This document shows positions 1 to 10,129 of a stretch of 64,000 nucleotides of DNA, one piece after another. The notes under the pieces were generated by a model. It saw only the letters and a program-made list of their open reading frames with translations. It made no database searches and had not been told where the DNA came from. The stretch comes from an uncultured delta proteobacterium (lineage in GTDB: Bacteria; Myxococcota_A; UBA9160; UBA4427). Location of the stretch: the NCBI GenBank assembly GCA_963822965.1, contig CAWGJT010000010.1, positions 224,001 through 288,000 on the forward strand, given 5' to 3'. The position numbers and the translations under genes were made by a program. Each line of letters starts with the position of its first letter. Within the stretch, counting starts at the first letter, position 1.

Positions 1-530
1 GATTCGGAGGGCTCGGCCAGGGCGCTGGCGTCGAGCCGTCCGGCGCTGTGCTTCGCCATCTTCACGCCGTCGTAGGTGATGAGCTTCTCGGGAACGACCT
101 CGAGCACCACCCGGAGCGGCGAGTCGAGCAGCTGCTCGAAGGCCCGCGCACCCTTCTCGTCGTTCGGGTGCAGATGCCGCGAGAAGGCCGGGTAGAACCA
201 CGCCCGGGTCTCGGCATCCTCGTGCACCGTGCAGCGGCCCTTGATGGTGATCGTCTTGGCGCCTCCCAGGTGGGTCCCCGTGCTGGTCAGCACCACGGAG
301 ACGCGCGGGTTGCGGCGCACCGCCGCGATGCGGTGGCGATGGGCGCCGGCGGTGAGCCACATCCTTCCGTCGTGCCACAGACAGGACATGATCACGCCCA
401 TGGGCCACTGATCCCGGGTGCACCAGTTGAAGACGCACTCCCGGGCCGTCGAGAGCAGCTCCTGCTGGACGTCGGGGTCGAGGCGGTAGATCGACACCAT
501 CTCGTAGTTGTGGGGCTTTGTCTCGGTCAT
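1..530 (-). CDS. Pyridoxamine 5'-phosphate oxidase-like (split-barrel flavin/F420-binding) protein, 3' end runs off the window
   Basis: Not in the ORF track; hand translation from ATG at 530 gives MTETKPHNYEMVSIYRLD...ECVFNWCTRDQWPMGVIMSCLWHDGRMWLT...RRNPRVSVV...TITIKGRC, the typical PPOX-fold pattern. Confidence 0.7.
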   Translation of the reverse strand, partial: MTETKPHNYEMVSIYRLDPDVQQELLSTARECVFNWCTRDQWPMGVIMSCLWHDGRMWLTAGAHRHRIAAVRRNPRVSVVLTSTGTHLGGAKTITIKGRCTVHEDAETRAWFYPAFSRHLHPNDEKGARAFEQLLDSPLRVVLEVVPEKLITYDGVKMAKHSAGRLDASALAEPSE

Positions 531-714
531 CCCGGGCGAGGGTAGGGGGTCCGCGTTCGCGCGTCTGCCTCGGAGGGGCCCGGAACCGGCCGCGGCCCGG
601 CGTCCCCGGGTGGGCGGTTGCGGCCTCGGGGGCTGCTGCGGGCCGTGGCGGGCTATAGATAGACGTTCCTCCGGGCCTTGCCCGGCAGCCCCGAGGAGCC
701 TGCCTTTGAGCGCG

Positions 715-2031
715 ATGCCCCCGCCCCCGAGCGGAGATCCGGGAGACCGGATCCGCGCCGGCCGGCCCTGGTGGACCTGGGTGGTCCCGTACGCCGGGCA
801 GGTTCCGGCGCTGAGCGAGAAGCAGTGGAGCGTGCTCGGGCTGCTGGCGCTGGCCGAGCTCTTCGACCAGTACGACGTGGGCCTCCTGGGCCTCGCCCTG
901 TCGCAGATCCAGGCGGGGCTCTCGATCCCCGAGCACCAGGTGGCCGGGGTGACCGCCATCGCCCGTCTGGGCTCGATCGTCGCGTTCGCGCTGTCGGTGA
1001 TGGCGGACCGTTTCGGCCGCCGGCGCCTGCTCCTGGTCACCATCCTGGGCTTCACCGCCTGCACCTTCGCCACGGCCTTCGTCCAGAACGCCGCACAGTT
1101 CGCCGCCATGCAGCTGCTGGCGCGGGTCTTCATCACGGCGGAGACGCTGCTGGCGGTGGTGGTGCTCACCGAAGAGCTCACGGCTCGGGACCGGGGCTGG
1201 GGCATCGGGTTGCTGGGCGCCCTGGGCTCCCTGGGGCAGGGCCTCGCGGCGGCGGTCTTCGCCTTCGTCGACGTGCTGCCTCTGGGCTGGCGCTCCCTCT
1301 ACTTCATCGGCGTCGTGCCGCTGCTCTTCCTCGCGTGGTTCCGTCGCCGGTTGCCGGAGACCCGTCGCTTCGAGGAGCACCGGGCCGCGCGGGAGGCCGC
1401 CGAGGTGCTGGGGGGGCTCGCGCCGCTGGTCCACCTCGCGCGCATGTATCCCGGTCGCGTGGCGGTGCTGGCCGTCGCGCTCTTCCCGTTCGACTTCGTC
1501 GTGACCACCGCCTTCACCTTCATGCCCAAGACGCTGCAGGAGGTACACGGCTACTCGCCGGGACAGGTGACGGCGCTCTTCCTGGTGGGTGGCGCGGTCG
1601 GCATCCTGGGCAACGTGATCGCCGGCCAGCTGGGAGACCGCTTCGGCCGCAAGCCCGTCATGTGCACCGCCATGGTGGTGAACGCGCTGGCGCTGGTGGG
1701 CTTCTACGGCGCTTCCGGGTGGCCGATTCCCCTGCTGTGGGTGGCGTCGGTCTTCTCGATCCTGGCCATCGGGGTGCTCTTCAAGGCCCTGGGGAGCGAG
1801 CTCTTCCCGACCTCGCATCGCTCGACGGCTTCGGGCGTCCGCACGGTGGTGGCCACCCTCGGCGGCGTGACGGGCCTCGCCCTGGAGGGCGGGCTCTACG
1901 AGCTGGCGGGCTCCCACGCGGCCGCGATCATCTGGATGACCCCCGTGCTCGTCCTGCCGCCCCTCGTGATCGGGCTCTTCCTGCCGGAGACCGCGCGCCG
2001 CGAGCTCGAGGAGATCTCGCCCGAGCGGTAG
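715..2031 (+). CDS. MFS transporter
   Basis: About 12 hydrophobic segments, ADRFGRRR and GDRFGRK motif A copies, ELFPTSHR and LPET motifs; ATG at 715 is in frame with ORF 508..2031. Confidence 0.9.
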   Translation: MPPPPSGDPGDRIRAGRPWWTWVVPYAGQVPALSEKQWSVLGLLALAELFDQYDVGLLGLALSQIQAGLSIPEHQVAGVTAIARLGSIVAFALSVMADRFGRRRLLLVTILGFTACTFATAFVQNAAQFAAMQLLARVFITAETLLAVVVLTEELTARDRGWGIGLLGALGSLGQGLAAAVFAFVDVLPLGWRSLYFIGVVPLLFLAWFRRRLPETRRFEEHRAAREAAEVLGGLAPLVHLARMYPGRVAVLAVALFPFDFVVTTAFTFMPKTLQEVHGYSPGQVTALFLVGGAVGILGNVIAGQLGDRFGRKPVMCTAMVVNALALVGFYGASGWPIPLLWVASVFSILAIGVLFKALGSELFPTSHRSTASGVRTVVATLGGVTGLALEGGLYELAGSHAAAIIWMTPVLVLPPLVIGLFLPETARRELEEISPER

Positions 2032-2059
2032 GGTCGCGGCCCTCGGTTACCCTGCCTGC

Positions 2060-2737
2060 ATGGACCCGATGCCCGCCCCCGGCCTGACACCGCCGGAAGC
2101 GGCTCCCCTCGACCCCGAGAAGCGAACTCTCGCGCGGCGCTCGCTCTCCGCGCTGGGTGTCCTGTCCGTCGGATCGATGACCGGCACCGCCTCGTCGCTG
2201 TACCTGGTCAACCACCATCCCCTGCTGCTCATCGCCCTGAGTCCCCTGGGCCGGCATCTCGTGCTGGTGGCGCCCATCGTCGACCCGGTGGCCTTCGTCG
2301 TGGTGGCGGTGCTGCGCCGGATGGCCTTCTACCTGGCCTGCTTCCAGCTGGGTCGCGCCCTGGGCCCCACCGGCGTCGTCTGGATCGAGGCTCGGGCGGC
2401 GCGTTTCGCGCGCTTCGTACGCTGGCTCGAGCGTGTCTTCCAACGCTTCTCACGCAGCGTGGTGCTGGTGATGTCCGGGCCGACGGTGAGCGCCCTGGCC
2501 GGCATGTCCGACATGACCCTGCGCGTGTACGTGCCGCTGGCGGTGTTGGGATTGGTGGCCCGCATGCTTCTGCTGCTGGGCCTGGCGGAGATCGTCCGCG
2601 AGCCCATCGAGTGGCTGCTCTCGTGGATCGACGCCTACTGGGTGCCGGGAACCGTGATCCTGGTGCTGGGGACGCTCGCCTATCAGTGGCGCAGGGCCCG
2701 GCTGGCGCGCGCGCTGCGCGCCGGCCAGTCGACGTAG
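2060..2737 (+). CDS. DedA/VTT-like integral membrane protein
   Basis: Multiple TM segments and a F(Y)xLGRxxG ... ALAGMSDM pattern resembling DedA. Confidence 0.55.
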   Translation: MDPMPAPGLTPPEAAPLDPEKRTLARRSLSALGVLSVGSMTGTASSLYLVNHHPLLLIALSPLGRHLVLVAPIVDPVAFVVVAVLRRMAFYLACFQLGRALGPTGVVWIEARAARFARFVRWLERVFQRFSRSVVLVMSGPTVSALAGMSDMTLRVYVPLAVLGLVARMLLLLGLAEIVREPIEWLLSWIDAYWVPGTVILVLGTLAYQWRRARLARALRAGQST

Positions 2738-4941
2738 ATGGGCGAGGACCAGGCGCGCTGGGCGTACGCGTCCAGGCAGGGCTCGCCCCGTCGGCAGGGC
2801 CGCGTCGCGATGCACCGGCCCTCGTCGTCGACCGTGCAGGCCAGCGGGTTCCCGTTCACGGTCGGCGTCGCCGCCTCGAAGACCCGCGCGTAGTAGACCG
2901 TGTCCCGCGCCTGGCGGGGGAACTCGTCGTCGACGAAGGTGGCCGTACAGCCGGCGGGGTCCGGCGGGCACGCGAAGCTCCGCCAGGGGTCGTCGATCCG
3001 GGACGCCACGTCCTCCCCGGGCCGGATCGCCGGCCGGATGCGCACGACCTCGATGCGCTCGATCGTTCGCCGGGTGTCGCTCGGCCGGTAGCATTCTCCC
3101 CGACACAGCCGCTGCAGGCGCTCGGCGCCGAGGGCCTGGACTGCCTCGTCGGGGCATCCGGGACGTTGCTCGAGAGAGCCCACCGCGCGTACCCGGAACG
3201 CCGGCGCGTCGCGCATGGTGACCTCGGAGCCCATGGGGCGGCTGCCGGCTTCCCGGAGCAGGTCGAACCACAGCAGGATGCGCGGGCCGCTGGTGCCGTA
3301 CACCTCCTTGCGTCGCAGCGCCTGCCAGATGGCGTCGCGGCTCCGTCCGTCCGCGTGCACGGCGACCAGGCCCCCCGTGTAGAGGAAGGACTGGGTGCGC
3401 TCGGTCTCGTAGAACTGCAGGCCGCTCAGCTTCGCGGCGGCCTCGGCGTACGAGCGCGAGCGGGCGACGGGCTCCTCCGGGGCGCCGCGCAGGAAGGCGC
3501 CCACGATGCCGCCGGCGTCGGGACGCGGCTCCTGGCCGGCGTCCGTCTGCCAGCGCGCCTCCTTGTAGCCGACGCCCGCCCGCGCGGTGTGGATGTCGCT
3601 CGAAGCGATGAAGCCCATCCGGAAGCGGCGCGGCGGAGCGCCTTCGTCCTCCCCGTCGAAGCCGCTCAGACTCGCGATGTACTGCGCCGAGCTGCCCGGG
3701 CGGTAGTGGAAGGCGGGCTGACCGCAGTCTCGACACTGGCCGGCGTCGAGCCAGTCGGCGGCGGTGGCGCCCGGCACGGTGACCTGCGGCGAGACGCCGG
3801 CGGCGGCCGCCTGCTCGCGCGCGGTGGCTGCGCGCGCCGCGCATTCGCGAGACGGCTCGCCCGCTGCGAGACAGCGCGCCTCGACGATCTGCCCGGCGCG
3901 ACGGCACATGGGCAGGTAGTCGGGACGCTCCTCGGGACAGCCCGGCGTGCCGTCGGCCGCGCTCTCGACGTCCTGCCAGTCGCGATACACCTCGGACCCG
4001 CCGTGTCCCGAGTAGACCTCGATCAGCGTCTGTCGGGCGGGATCGTGGAAGCCCGGCTCGAGCTGCTTGTCCCAGGTGGAGCCGGGGGGCGTGTAGATGC
4101 CCCAGGCGGTGCCGTGGGGAATCACGATGGCGTCGAGTCCCCACTCGTCGAGCTTGCGGAAGAGCTCGACCGGGGTGGGCGCGATCTCGCGACAATTCGG
4201 CGGCAGCGAGCGCGAGTCGCCGTCCGCGCAGGTGGGCAGCTCGCCGAGGGCCGTCCAGCGCAGCGCGAGATCGTGGAAGCGTCCCCCCTGGAGCGCCAGC
4301 GCGCCGCGCGCCCAGACGGGGGGCGGCCGGGCTGCGGTTCCCCCGGCGCTGGCCGCGATGGGGCGCGTCGGAATGCGCGCGTCGTCGGTGTGGGCGAGCA
4401 CCACGTTCTTGTGGCCGTAGTGGTCCCGCGCCGTCGCGCCGACCTGCGTCCACTCCCAGCCGAGGAAGGAGACGAGGTCGGGGCTGGCGGGATCCCCCGA
4501 GCGTTCGTTGCACGCCCGGATCGACTCGACGGTGTTGCGCCAGTCGTCGGGGTGGATGTTCGAGGCATGGTCGTTGATGGACCAGAAGTCCAGCGCCGCG
4601 CAATGGCGCGCGAAGTCGCAGGCGTCGGCCGGCGGATGGGCGCCTTCGCCGCCCATCAGCGGAAGATTGAGCATGAAGGCGTCGAAGGAGATCGTGGTGT
4701 GGACGTGGAGGTCGCCGAAGAGGATCTGGCGCGCGGGCGCCGGGGCACCGACGGCCCGGGCCGCCGCCTGCTGCGCGTCCGCCAGCGCGGCGACGGCGGC
4801 AGGGGAGCGCGGCCCCGCGGTGGGGATGCGATCTTCGGAGTCGAACGAGCCGAAGATCCCGCGTCCCGCGAGCCAGATCGCGAGCGCCCCGGCGAGCCCC
4901 AGCCCGGCGACGGCGAGGAGCAGGATGCGTCCGATCTTCAT
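2683..4941 (-). CDS. DUF3604 family protein (PHP-like metal-binding fold), N-terminally anchored
   Basis: LFGDLHVHT, LDFWSINDH, GWEWT, EVYSGHG, GFIASSDIH, YGTSGPRI and C-terminal ERAWSSPI-type motifs. Confidence 0.85.
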   Translation of the reverse strand: MKIGRILLLAVAGLGLAGALAIWLAGRGIFGSFDSEDRIPTAGPRSPAAVAALADAQQAAARAVGAPAPARQILFGDLHVHTTISFDAFMLNLPLMGGEGAHPPADACDFARHCAALDFWSINDHASNIHPDDWRNTVESIRACNERSGDPASPDLVSFLGWEWTQVGATARDHYGHKNVVLAHTDDARIPTRPIAASAGGTAARPPPVWARGALALQGGRFHDLALRWTALGELPTCADGDSRSLPPNCREIAPTPVELFRKLDEWGLDAIVIPHGTAWGIYTPPGSTWDKQLEPGFHDPARQTLIEVYSGHGGSEVYRDWQDVESAADGTPGCPEERPDYLPMCRRAGQIVEARCLAAGEPSRECAARAATAREQAAAAGVSPQVTVPGATAADWLDAGQCRDCGQPAFHYRPGSSAQYIASLSGFDGEDEGAPPRRFRMGFIASSDIHTARAGVGYKEARWQTDAGQEPRPDAGGIVGAFLRGAPEEPVARSRSYAEAAAKLSGLQFYETERTQSFLYTGGLVAVHADGRSRDAIWQALRRKEVYGTSGPRILLWFDLLREAGSRPMGSEVTMRDAPAFRVRAVGSLEQRPGCPDEAVQALGAERLQRLCRGECYRPSDTRRTIERIEVVRIRPAIRPGEDVASRIDDPWRSFACPPDPAGCTATFVDDEFPRQARDTVYYARVFEAATPTVNGNPLACTVDDEGRCIATRPCRRGEPCLDAYAQRAWSSPIYVDWPARSARASRALRH

Positions 4942-5072
4942 GGGCGGCGAAGTCCGGTTATCATCACGGGCGGCGAAGATAGTCGCCCGTCGGGACGCGC
5001 GTCTCCCGGCGTGTCGCCCGCGCAGAGCGGCTGTGTCACCCTTCCGGGTCTTCTCGCCACGAGGGGAGTGCC

Positions 5073-5658
5073 ATGAAGATCGAGCCCGTCCTGCTGGAAG
5101 GTCGCTTCGTCCGCCTGGAGCCCCTCGAGGATCACCACGCGCCCGCGCTCTCCCGCGCGGGCGCGCCCGAGGAGATCTGGCGGCACATGCCGTTCCGCAT
5201 CGCGGGCGAGCAGGACGCCTCGGGATGGATTCGCGTGGCCCAGGGCATGCTGGCCGGAGGCGTCGGGCTCGCGTTCGGGACCCTCGACCGCGAGAGCGGG
5301 GAGCTGGTGGGCTCGACGGGCTTCCTGGCCGCGGCTCCCGAGCACCGACGCGTCGAGATCGGCGCCACCTGGATCACGCCCGGTCGCCAGCGGACCGCCG
5401 TCAATACCGAGGCGAAGTACCTGATGATGCGCCACGCCTTCGAGAGCTGGGGGTGCCTGCGGGTGGAGTTCAAGACGGACTCCCGCAACGCGAAGTCGCG
5501 CGCGGCCCTGGCGCGGATCGGCGCCCGGGAAGAGGGCACCCTGCGCGCCCACATGCTCCTGCCCGACGGCCGCCGCCGGGACAGCGTCTACTTCAGCGTG
5601 ATCGAGAGCGAGTGGCCCGACGTCAAGCGACGCCTGGAGGACGCGGCTCGCCTCCTGA
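5073..5658 (+). CDS. GNAT/RimJ-like N-acetyltransferase; probable +1 indel near 5640
   Basis: LEGRFVRLEPL, VEIGATW, NTEAKYL, RVEFKTD, RIGAREEG, RDSVYFS motifs. The track ORF runs 600 nt antisense into ligD; removing one base near 5640 gives ...RRLETRLAS with TGA at 5656-5658. Confidence 0.85.
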
Positions 5659-5672
5659 CGGCGCGCCGCGCG

Positions 5673-8226
5673 TCAGGAGGCTCCGCCGAGCCGGCGCGCG
5701 AGGGCGTCGAGCAGGGCGACGAGATCGGCGCGCTCGCCGAGCACGCCGCGCATGGGGTCGCCGTGGCGCTTCAGCTGGCGCGGCGTGGTCCGGATGTTCC
5801 ACTTCGCCGGGTCGAGGCGGCGGGTCACCTGCCCCCAGGTGAGGGGCGTCGAGACGGGTGCGCCGGCGCGCGGCCGCACCGAGAAGGGGCACACGATGAG
5901 GCGCCCGCGCCCGTTCTGGCCGAAGTCCACGTAGACCCGGTCGCCCCGGGACGCGATCGGGCGCGCGATCGTCGCGATCTCGGGCAGCTCGTGCACCACC
6001 ACCCGGGCCAGCACCTCGGCCAGACGGCGCGCGTCGTCGTGGTCGAGCTGCCCGGCGGTCGGGACGAGCACGTGGAGGCCGTCCTGTCCCGACGTCTTCA
6101 CGAAGTGCGGGGTCGCCAGCGCGTCGAGCAGCCGGTGGATGTGGCGCGCGATGGTCACGACGTCGTCGAAGGGAGCGGCCTTGGGGTCGAGGTCGATCAC
6201 GATCCAGTCGGGTCGCTCGAGGGCTCGGGATGCGGGAGCTCCAGATGTGGAGCGGGATCGCGCCCGAGTTGATCACGTAGAGCAGCGTCCGCAGCTCGTT
6301 GCAGACGAAGAAGTCCGTGCCGTCGATGGTCTCGTGGAGCGCCCACTCGGGCGTCCACTCCGGCGCGTTCTGCTGGAAGAAGCTCTTGCCCTCGATCCCG
6401 TCGGGATAGCGGGTGAGGACCAGGGGGCGGTCCCGCAGGTAGGGCGCGATCCACGGCCAGACCGACTCGTAGTAGTCCAGCAGGTCGCCCTTGGTGTAGC
6501 CGTCGTCGGGCCAGAAGACCTTGTCGCGCCGGCTGATCTGCAGCTCGGTCTCCGGGGGCGGGGGCGGATCGGGCGCCGCCTCGAGGACGGCGTCGCGACC
6601 GACCGGCGCCGCGCAGGTGTGCGGATCGACGTCGTCGTGCAGGCCCAGCAGCACCGGATGGCGCAGCAGTCCCTGGGAGGTGACCTCGGTGTAGCGCACG
6701 TCCGCCACCAGGCCGGGCTCCACGTAGTGGGCGCCGCGGGGGCGCGGGGTGGGCGCGCCGGCGAAGGCGGGTTGGCGGCGCTCGAGGGCCTCCAGCCGCG
6801 GCAGCAGCGCCTCGCAGGTGGCGTCGTCGAGACCCGAGCCCACGTGGCCCGCGTGGACGAGGGCGCCGTCCCGATACCCGCCGAGAGCCAGGGAGCCCAG
6901 GCGACGCGCGCCCCTGCCCTCGTCCCAGCCGACCACGACGAGGCGGACCTCTCGCGGCACGCGAAGCTTGAGCCAGCGCTTCGAGCGGCGGCCGTTCTCG
7001 TAGGTCGCGTCGGCGCGCTTGGCCATCACCCCCTCGACGCCGTGCTCCTGAGCGGCGTCGAACAGGGCTTCCCCGTGCTCCTCCACGTGGTCGGTGTATC
7101 GCACCTGGCCGAGCTTCGGCACGAAGCGCGCCAGCAGCTCCTTGCGCGCCAGCAGGGGGAGGTCCCGCAGGTCGCGGTCCGCGGCGAAGGGCAGATCGAA
7201 GGCCTGCAGGACCGTGGGGTACTCGATCTCGGCGCGTGACACCGCCCGCGGCTCGCGCGCTCCGAAGCGCCGCTGCAGGCGTTCGAACGAGCTGTGTCCC
7301 CGGGCGTCCGGCGCGACGATCTCGCCGTCGATCACGAAGCGCGCGAGCGGCAGCAGCTGGAGGGCGCGGGCGATCTCGGGGTAGGACGCGGATACCTCGC
7401 GTCCGTTCCGTGTGTAGATCTCGACCCGGTCGTCGCGGCGGAAGGCGAGCACCCGCATGCCGTCGTACTTCACCTCGAAGATCCAGCCGGGCTTCGAGAA
7501 GGGGGCGTCGGCGGTGGCGGCCAGCATCGGTCGCAGGCGCTTCGGGTCCGGGGCGCCGGCCGGCGCCCCGAGCGCCGCGGCGCGCGCGGCGATCTCGTCG
7601 TCGTGTGAGACGCCCGACCGCAGCTCGGAGACCGTCAGACCCGAGAGCACCGAGCGAGGCTCCGCGTCCACGAGCTCGACCGACGCCGTGTCACGCGACG
7701 CGGCAGGGTCCTTGTGAAGCAGCAGCCAGCTCCGCGCGTCGTCGTCGCGTTTCGGTGTCGCGAGGTGCGAACCGCCCGTTCGCACCAGGGCAAAGCGTCC
7801 CCGCAGCTTGTGACCGTCCACCACCAGGTCGAGCTTTCCGGCGGCGAGCCCCTCGGCCGGGGAGCGACCGTCCGCCGTCTGGTAGCTGCCGCGATCCCAC
7901 ACGATCATCGCGCCGGCGCCGTAGTTCCCCTCGGGAATCACGCCTTCGAAGCCGGCGTACTCCAGCGGGTGGTCCTCGGTCTGGACCGCGAGACGTCGCT
8001 CCTTCGGGTCGAGACTGGGGCCGCGAGGCACCGCCCAGCTCACGAGAACGCCGTCGATCTCGAGGCGCAGGTCCCAGTGCATGCTGCGCGCTGCGTGCTG
8101 CTGCACCACGAAGCGGCGTGCCGCAGCGGGCGGCAGGGGACGGTGGGCGTGGAGGGATTCCTCGCCGAGGGGTTCGGGCGTCGTCTCCAGGTCCCGTTTT
8201 TCGCGATACCGTCGAAGATCTGGCAT
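5673..8226 (-). CDS. ligD: DNA ligase D (phosphoesterase + ATP-dependent ligase + primase-polymerase), one frameshift at about 6222
   Basis: MPDLRRYREKRD, FVVQQHAARSMHWDLRLE and SWAVPRGPS (PE domain); EVKYDG and EGVMAKR (ligase); TKGDLLDYY, RYPDGI, DLDP and KTSGQDGLH (polymerase). An extra base in the G run at 6221-6223 splits ORFs 5623..8403 and 5673..6200. Confidence 0.95.
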
Positions 8227-8281
8227 GGGCGACCGATAGGGTGATAGGCTTTCGCGACCCCCTCTCCAGCCTAGGCAACCG

Positions 8282-9184
8282 ATGGCAGCACGAGCAACTT
8301 CGTCTGGAACCATCTCGTTCGGGCTCGTCTCGATTCCCATCAAGGTGTTTCCGGCGTCCAGCAGCAAGAGCGTGCGGTTCAGCATGCTGCACGCAAAGGA
8401 CAAGAGCCGCCTGAAGCAGACCTACGTCTGCAAGGCGTGCGAAGAGACCGTCGAGCGCGGTGACACGGTTCGCGGCTACGAGTACGCGCGCGACCAGTAC
8501 GTGGTCCTCGGCGACGAGGAGCTGAAGGCCCTCGAGAAGGCGAGCGATCGCACCATCGACATCGAGGAGTTCGTCCCGATCTCCAAGGTGGACCCGATCT
8601 ACTTCGAGAAGTCGAACCTGCTGGGCCCGGACAAAGGCGGTGCCAAGGCCTACCAGCTGCTTCGGGAGGCGATGGTCGAGGCCGGTCAGGTCGCCATCGG
8701 GCGCTTCCACGAGCGGGGGCGCCAGCAGCTGGTGCTGCTGCGTCCCACCGAGAAGGGGCTCGTGATGCACGGGCTCCACTACGCAGACGAGATCCGGCAC
8801 TTCGACGACATCGAGCTGGGAGACGACGTCGAGATCAAGCAGAGCGAGCTGGACCTGGCCCACCAGCTGATCGACCAGCTCTCCCGGAAGAAGTTCGAGC
8901 CCGAGAAGTACGAGGACGAGTATCGCCGCATGGTCCTCGAGGTGGTCGATCGGAAGGTGGCCGGCGAGGAGATCGTCGTGGCCCCCACCGCCGAGCCCCG
9001 GGAGCAGATCATCGATCTCGTCGCCGCGCTGAAGAAGAGCCTGGCAGAGCAGGGCGACAAGGCCGCTGGCGCCGGCGGATCCGGCGGAAGGCCGGCCCGG
9101 AAGCCGGCGAAGGCCAAGGGCAAGGCGAAGAGCGAGGGGGCCGGCAAGAAGGCCTCCCGCGGAAAGATCAAGGCGGTGAAGTAG
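8282..9184 (+). CDS. ku: Non-homologous end-joining protein Ku
   Basis: GTISFGLVSIPIK, RGYEY, IDIEEFVP, DPIYFEKS, YEDEY, IIDLVAALKKSL and a Lys-rich C-terminal tail. Confidence 0.97.
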   Translation: MAARATSSGTISFGLVSIPIKVFPASSSKSVRFSMLHAKDKSRLKQTYVCKACEETVERGDTVRGYEYARDQYVVLGDEELKALEKASDRTIDIEEFVPISKVDPIYFEKSNLLGPDKGGAKAYQLLREAMVEAGQVAIGRFHERGRQQLVLLRPTEKGLVMHGLHYADEIRHFDDIELGDDVEIKQSELDLAHQLIDQLSRKKFEPEKYEDEYRRMVLEVVDRKVAGEEIVVAPTAEPREQIIDLVAALKKSLAEQGDKAAGAGGSGGRPARKPAKAKGKAKSEGAGKKASRGKIKAVK

Positions 9185-9240
9185 CCGACAGTCGGACGGG
9201 GACGAACCCGTCGCGCGGTCCTGTGGGGGGTGCACGCGCA

Positions 9241-10107
9241 GTGAGCTCGATCAACCGGAATCTCTCCACCGCGGAGGCGGCACGCATCCTCGGAATGAGC
9301 GAGGCCCGCATCCGCGAGCTGGTGCGCTCGGGGCTGGGGCGGCCCGAGCGACGCGGCCGGCGCTACGCCTTCTCGTTCCAGGATCTCGTGCTGCTGCGCA
9401 CGGCCCACGAGCTCATCGGCAAGCGGGTGCCGGCGGCCCGGGTGGCTCGCTCCCTGGCAGCGCTGGTCCGCGGGCTGCCCGAGGACCGGCCTCTCTCCGG
9501 CCTGCGCATCCGGGCGGACGGCACCTGCGTCGTCGTGCAGGAGGGCGAGCTCAGCTGGAACCCCGAGACCGGCCAGACCGTGCTCGATTTCGAGGCCTCC
9601 TTCGACGTGGCCGAGCTGGAGCGGGCGACCGAGAAGGTGATCGCCCTGGGCGAGGCGCCGGGGACGAGCCCGGCCGCGCTGGCGCGGGTGGAGTTCGAGC
9701 GCGCGCTCGAGCTGGAGGACGAGGATCCCATGGCGGCCTGCACCTGCTACGGGCGCGCCATCGAGCTCGATCCCGGCCTCGTCGACGCGTACGTGAACCT
9801 CGGACGCATCGCCCACGAAGCGGGCCAGGGGCGCGAGGCGATCCGGCTCTACCGGCTCGCCCTCGAGAGAACACCGGACGACCCGGTCGTCCACTACAAC
9901 CTGGCCCTGGCCGTCGACGATACCCAGGGTGCGGCCGCCGCCGCGCCCCACTACGAGAAGGTCCTCGCGCTGGCGCCCGACTTCGCCGACGCCCACTACA
10001 ACCTGGCGGGACTGTGCGAGAAGCTCGACCGGCCCCAGGACGCCCTGCGACACTACTCCGCGTACCGGCGCCTCACCCAGGATCCGCCGGCGAGTCCGGG
10101 CGCCTGA
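9241..10107 (+). CDS. MerR-like HTH plus tetratricopeptide-repeat protein
   Basis: N-terminal STAEAARILGMSEARIRELVRSGL...FSFQDLVLLR; C-terminal TPRs (AYVNLG, VHYNLA, ADAHYNLA); GTG start at 9241. Confidence 0.85.
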   Translation: MSSINRNLSTAEAARILGMSEARIRELVRSGLGRPERRGRRYAFSFQDLVLLRTAHELIGKRVPAARVARSLAALVRGLPEDRPLSGLRIRADGTCVVVQEGELSWNPETGQTVLDFEASFDVAELERATEKVIALGEAPGTSPAALARVEFERALELEDEDPMAACTCYGRAIELDPGLVDAYVNLGRIAHEAGQGREAIRLYRLALERTPDDPVVHYNLALAVDDTQGAAAAAPHYEKVLALAPDFADAHYNLAGLCEKLDRPQDALRHYSAYRRLTQDPPASPGA

Positions 10108-10129
10108 GCCGCCCGCGGGCCGGGGCTCG

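Noticed and set aside
6215..6230. Programmed frameshift or split of the LigD polymerase domain
   Set aside because: One extra base in a G run with no slippery heptamer; same error type as at about 15670 and 32510
5659..6272. Long C-terminal extension of the GNAT overlapping ligD antisense
   Set aside because: A single extra base near 5640 explains it; the extension is the antisense shadow of ligD
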